This document shows positions 62,000-64,000 of a stretch of 64,000 nt of DNA, one piece after another; positions within the stretch are counted from its first letter, which is position 1; every line of letters begins with the position of its first letter. The notes below the pieces were generated by a model. It made no database searches, had not been told where the DNA came from, and was given only the letters and a program-made list of their open reading frames with translations. The stretch comes from Minisyncoccia bacterium (GTDB lineage Bacteria > Patescibacteriota > Minisyncoccia > Phycocordibacterales > Zambryskibacteraceae), in contig JBASCT010000022.1 of the NCBI GenBank assembly GCA_049651785.1, positions 44-64,043 of the forward strand, written 5' to 3'. The translations under genes were made by a program, and so were the position numbers.

Positions 62000-62545
62000 A
62001 TGACGAAGCAACAGCTCTCCGAAGGCCGAAATTGGTACGTTATTCATACCTACGCGGGGTATGAGAATGCCGTGATGCGAAACCTCAAGCAACGCATAGA
62101 GTCACTCGGCATGGAGGACAAAATCTTTAATGTTATTGTCCCGACCGAAAAGAAAATAAAAATCAAAGGCGGTAAACGGGTCGAGGAAGAGGAGAAGATC
62201 TACCCGGGCTATATTCTCGTCGATATGATTGTGACGGACGATTCCTGGTACGTGGTCAGAAACACTCCGCGCGTAACCGGCTTCGTCGGTTCCGGAGTTT
62301 TCCCTGTGCCAATAGATAAGAAAGAGGTTGACTCACTTTTCGCCAGAATGTCTGCCGACAAGGTCATGCACACCATCAATCTTCAGGAAAATGACGCCGT
62401 CCTTGTCGTTGACGGACCATTTAAGGAACTTGAAGGCAAAGTCTCCGACATTGACGAAGAGCGGGGCAAGGTTAAGGTCCTCGTCAACATGTTCGGTCGA
62501 GAAACACCCGTTGAGCTTGATTTCTTGCAAGTCAAAAAAATTTGA
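62000..62545 (+). CDS. nusG: Transcription termination/antitermination factor NusG
   Basis: 181 aa; NGN domain WYVIHTYAGYENAV and C-terminal KOW (GKVKVLVNMFGRETPVELDF). Confidence 0.9.
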   Translation: MTKQQLSEGRNWYVIHTYAGYENAVMRNLKQRIESLGMEDKIFNVIVPTEKKIKIKGGKRVEEEEKIYPGYILVDMIVTDDSWYVVRNTPRVTGFVGSGVFPVPIDKKEVDSLFARMSADKVMHTINLQENDAVLVVDGPFKELEGKVSDIDEERGKVKVLVNMFGRETPVELDFLQVKKI

Positions 62546-62567
62546 AGTATTGTAGTTTCCTAAAACC

Positions 62568-62990
62568 ATGGCTAGAAAAGTCGTAAAAATTCTCAAACTC
62601 CAGATCCCCGGCGGACAAGCCGTGCCCGGTCAGCAATTGGGTCCCGTCTTGGGCGGTGCGGGTATTCCCATCGGAGAATTTGTTAAGCGCTTTAACGACG
62701 AGACTAAAGACCGCAAGGGCGAGATTGTACCGACAGTCGTTCACGTCTTTGAGGACAAGAAATATTCTCTGACCTATAAAACCGAACCCGCCTCGGCCAT
62801 GATTCTTAAGGCGCTGGGGAAAGAAAAAGGTTCCGGCACGCCGAACACTTCTAAAATCGGCACCCTTTCAAAAGTGAAACTAAAAGAAATCGCCGAGAAA
62901 AAGATGCCCGATTTAAACGCAGGGAGCCAAGAGGCGGCTGAAAAAATTATCGCCGGCACAGCTCGAAGCATGGGGGTCGATATAAAATAA
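62568..62990 (+). CDS. rplK: 50S ribosomal protein L11
   Basis: 140 aa; KLQIPGGQAVPGQQLGPVLGGAGI...EFVKRFND signature. Confidence 0.9.
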   Translation: MARKVVKILKLQIPGGQAVPGQQLGPVLGGAGIPIGEFVKRFNDETKDRKGEIVPTVVHVFEDKKYSLTYKTEPASAMILKALGKEKGSGTPNTSKIGTLSKVKLKEIAEKKMPDLNAGSQEAAEKIIAGTARSMGVDIK

Positions 62991-63011
62991 AGGTTTTAGT
63001 AGGAAAAAATT

Positions 63012-63039
63012 AGCCCCGTGACGCATGCGTCACGGGGCT
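63012..63039. terminator. Bidirectional terminator AGCCCCGTGACGCATGCGTCACGGGGCT between convergent rplK and thyX
   Basis: 12-bp stem; T-rich on both flanks when read from either strand. Confidence 0.75.
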
Positions 63040-63046
63040 TTGAGTT

Positions 63047-63955
63047 TCAGACCTTGCGGTACTTGGTCTTGACCGCTCTGGTCCCGTCACCCAAGGTTAC
63101 TTCTTCGTAATCCTCGAGGAGCACGGGCCAGACCTTCTTGAGGAGAGTGAAGCAAAGAAAGATGAGTGCGCGAATTTCCGTTTCGGCGCCCTCGGACGCT
63201 CTCATCTCGAAGATGTGGCGCCAGGCCCGGGTGTTGCCGGTGAAAAGAACGATGGTCTCGGTCTCGTTCGGCAGGCACGAGCGGGCCGCTTGATTGACCC
63301 TCTTCCTCGCATCGGTCTTGCGCTCGGCGGACATATCTTCGTCTCCACGCTCCTGCTTAAGGAGAAGCAGAGAAGCCCGCTCTTCGTATTCTCGAGCCGA
63401 CAGATCAATCCAGTCCTCGAAGCGACTGTGAAGCGCCTCGTCGTTCTGATATTCCGGCCGCTCGACGAAGCGCACGAGCTTTCCCGAGACGTACCTCTGG
63501 GAGAGTTGTGAGAAAGCGGTACCCGCCCGGTGACGCACCAGCTCGTGCGTGAGACTCCGGCTTACACCGTAGACGAGAACGGAAGCAGAAGCGTGCTCGA
63601 GAACCGAGCCATGCCCCGACTCCTTGAGGTGTTCGAAATACTTCGAGGCCCCTTCGTTCTTTGTCCGTTTCTCGCCTAGACTCATATAGCAGATCTGGCC
63701 GCCGACCTTGGTGATGGCTTCGCCGCTCGGGATGAGCGTTGGGTCGAGGAGATAACCATCGAACCCGAACTCTTCGAGAAACTCTGCGATGCCGTCAATG
63801 TTGGTCATGGTCTGTCCGACCACGGCGGCACCGGGCTCCTTCAAGTAACGGGTTCCAGCTTTGGTGGTGAAGACTTTCGGATGGTGGCGAGGCCACGCGA
63901 GAGTGGGATCCACAAAATACTTCGGCACAAAGACTCCTTTGTTTCCTAAGAACAA
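63047..63955 (-). CDS. thyX: FAD-dependent thymidylate synthase ThyX
   Basis: 302 aa; ThyX signature RHRAGTAFSQLSQRY (RHRxxxxxS...SxRY). Confidence 0.85.
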   Translation of the reverse strand: MFLGNKGVFVPKYFVDPTLAWPRHHPKVFTTKAGTRYLKEPGAAVVGQTMTNIDGIAEFLEEFGFDGYLLDPTLIPSGEAITKVGGQICYMSLGEKRTKNEGASKYFEHLKESGHGSVLEHASASVLVYGVSRSLTHELVRHRAGTAFSQLSQRYVSGKLVRFVERPEYQNDEALHSRFEDWIDLSAREYEERASLLLLKQERGDEDMSAERKTDARKRVNQAARSCLPNETETIVLFTGNTRAWRHIFEMRASEGAETEIRALIFLCFTLLKKVWPVLLEDYEEVTLGDGTRAVKTKYRKV

Positions 63956-64000
63956 GTTGTTCTGGCGCCCATACTATTCTTCTCTTCTCGAGAGTCAAGA

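Overview
This 64-kb window is densely packed with conserved housekeeping genes on both strands and contains the chromosomal replication-origin region: rpmH-rnpA-yidC lies divergent from dnaA-dnaN, with AT-rich repeat-bearing spacers. I fold eight tRNA genes by hand. The largest accessory feature is a roughly 11-kb, translationally coupled type IV secretion-like operon about 1 kb from dnaA. It includes a VirB6/TrbL-like polytopic membrane protein, a VirB3-like 2-TM protein, a VirB4-family ATPase, a pilin-like protein and several secreted proteins. An intervening-sequence-type four-helix-bundle gene, bracketed by inverted repeats, interrupts that operon. Type IV pilus genes are also present (pilB, pilMNO-like), together with ruvB-yebC-ruvC, ruvA, mutM, polA, pcrA/uvrD, tyrS, PBP1A, nusA, nusG-rplK, thyX and others. 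Small accessory islets sit at tRNA genes: two paralogous HTH-LAGLIDADG-like genes (next to tRNA-Lys and tRNA-Val/Leu), an alternative-oxidase-family gene, a DKNYY-repeat protein, and a GIY-YIG gene behind a hairpin array with tRNA-His fragments. There is also an IS200/IS605-like element with terminal hairpins, a dispersed GC palindrome (CTGCCTGCGCAGGCAG) in five copies, and a three-domain GH130 cluster with a phosphomannomutase-like HAD enzyme and a mannose-6-phosphate-isomerase-like cupin. The gene content (many small secreted and membrane hypotheticals, T4SS plus type IV pili, homing endonucleases, compact operons) suggests a reduced-genome bacterium, possibly Patescibacteria/CPR; that is inference only. 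All coordinates come from manual reading and the supplied ORF track.
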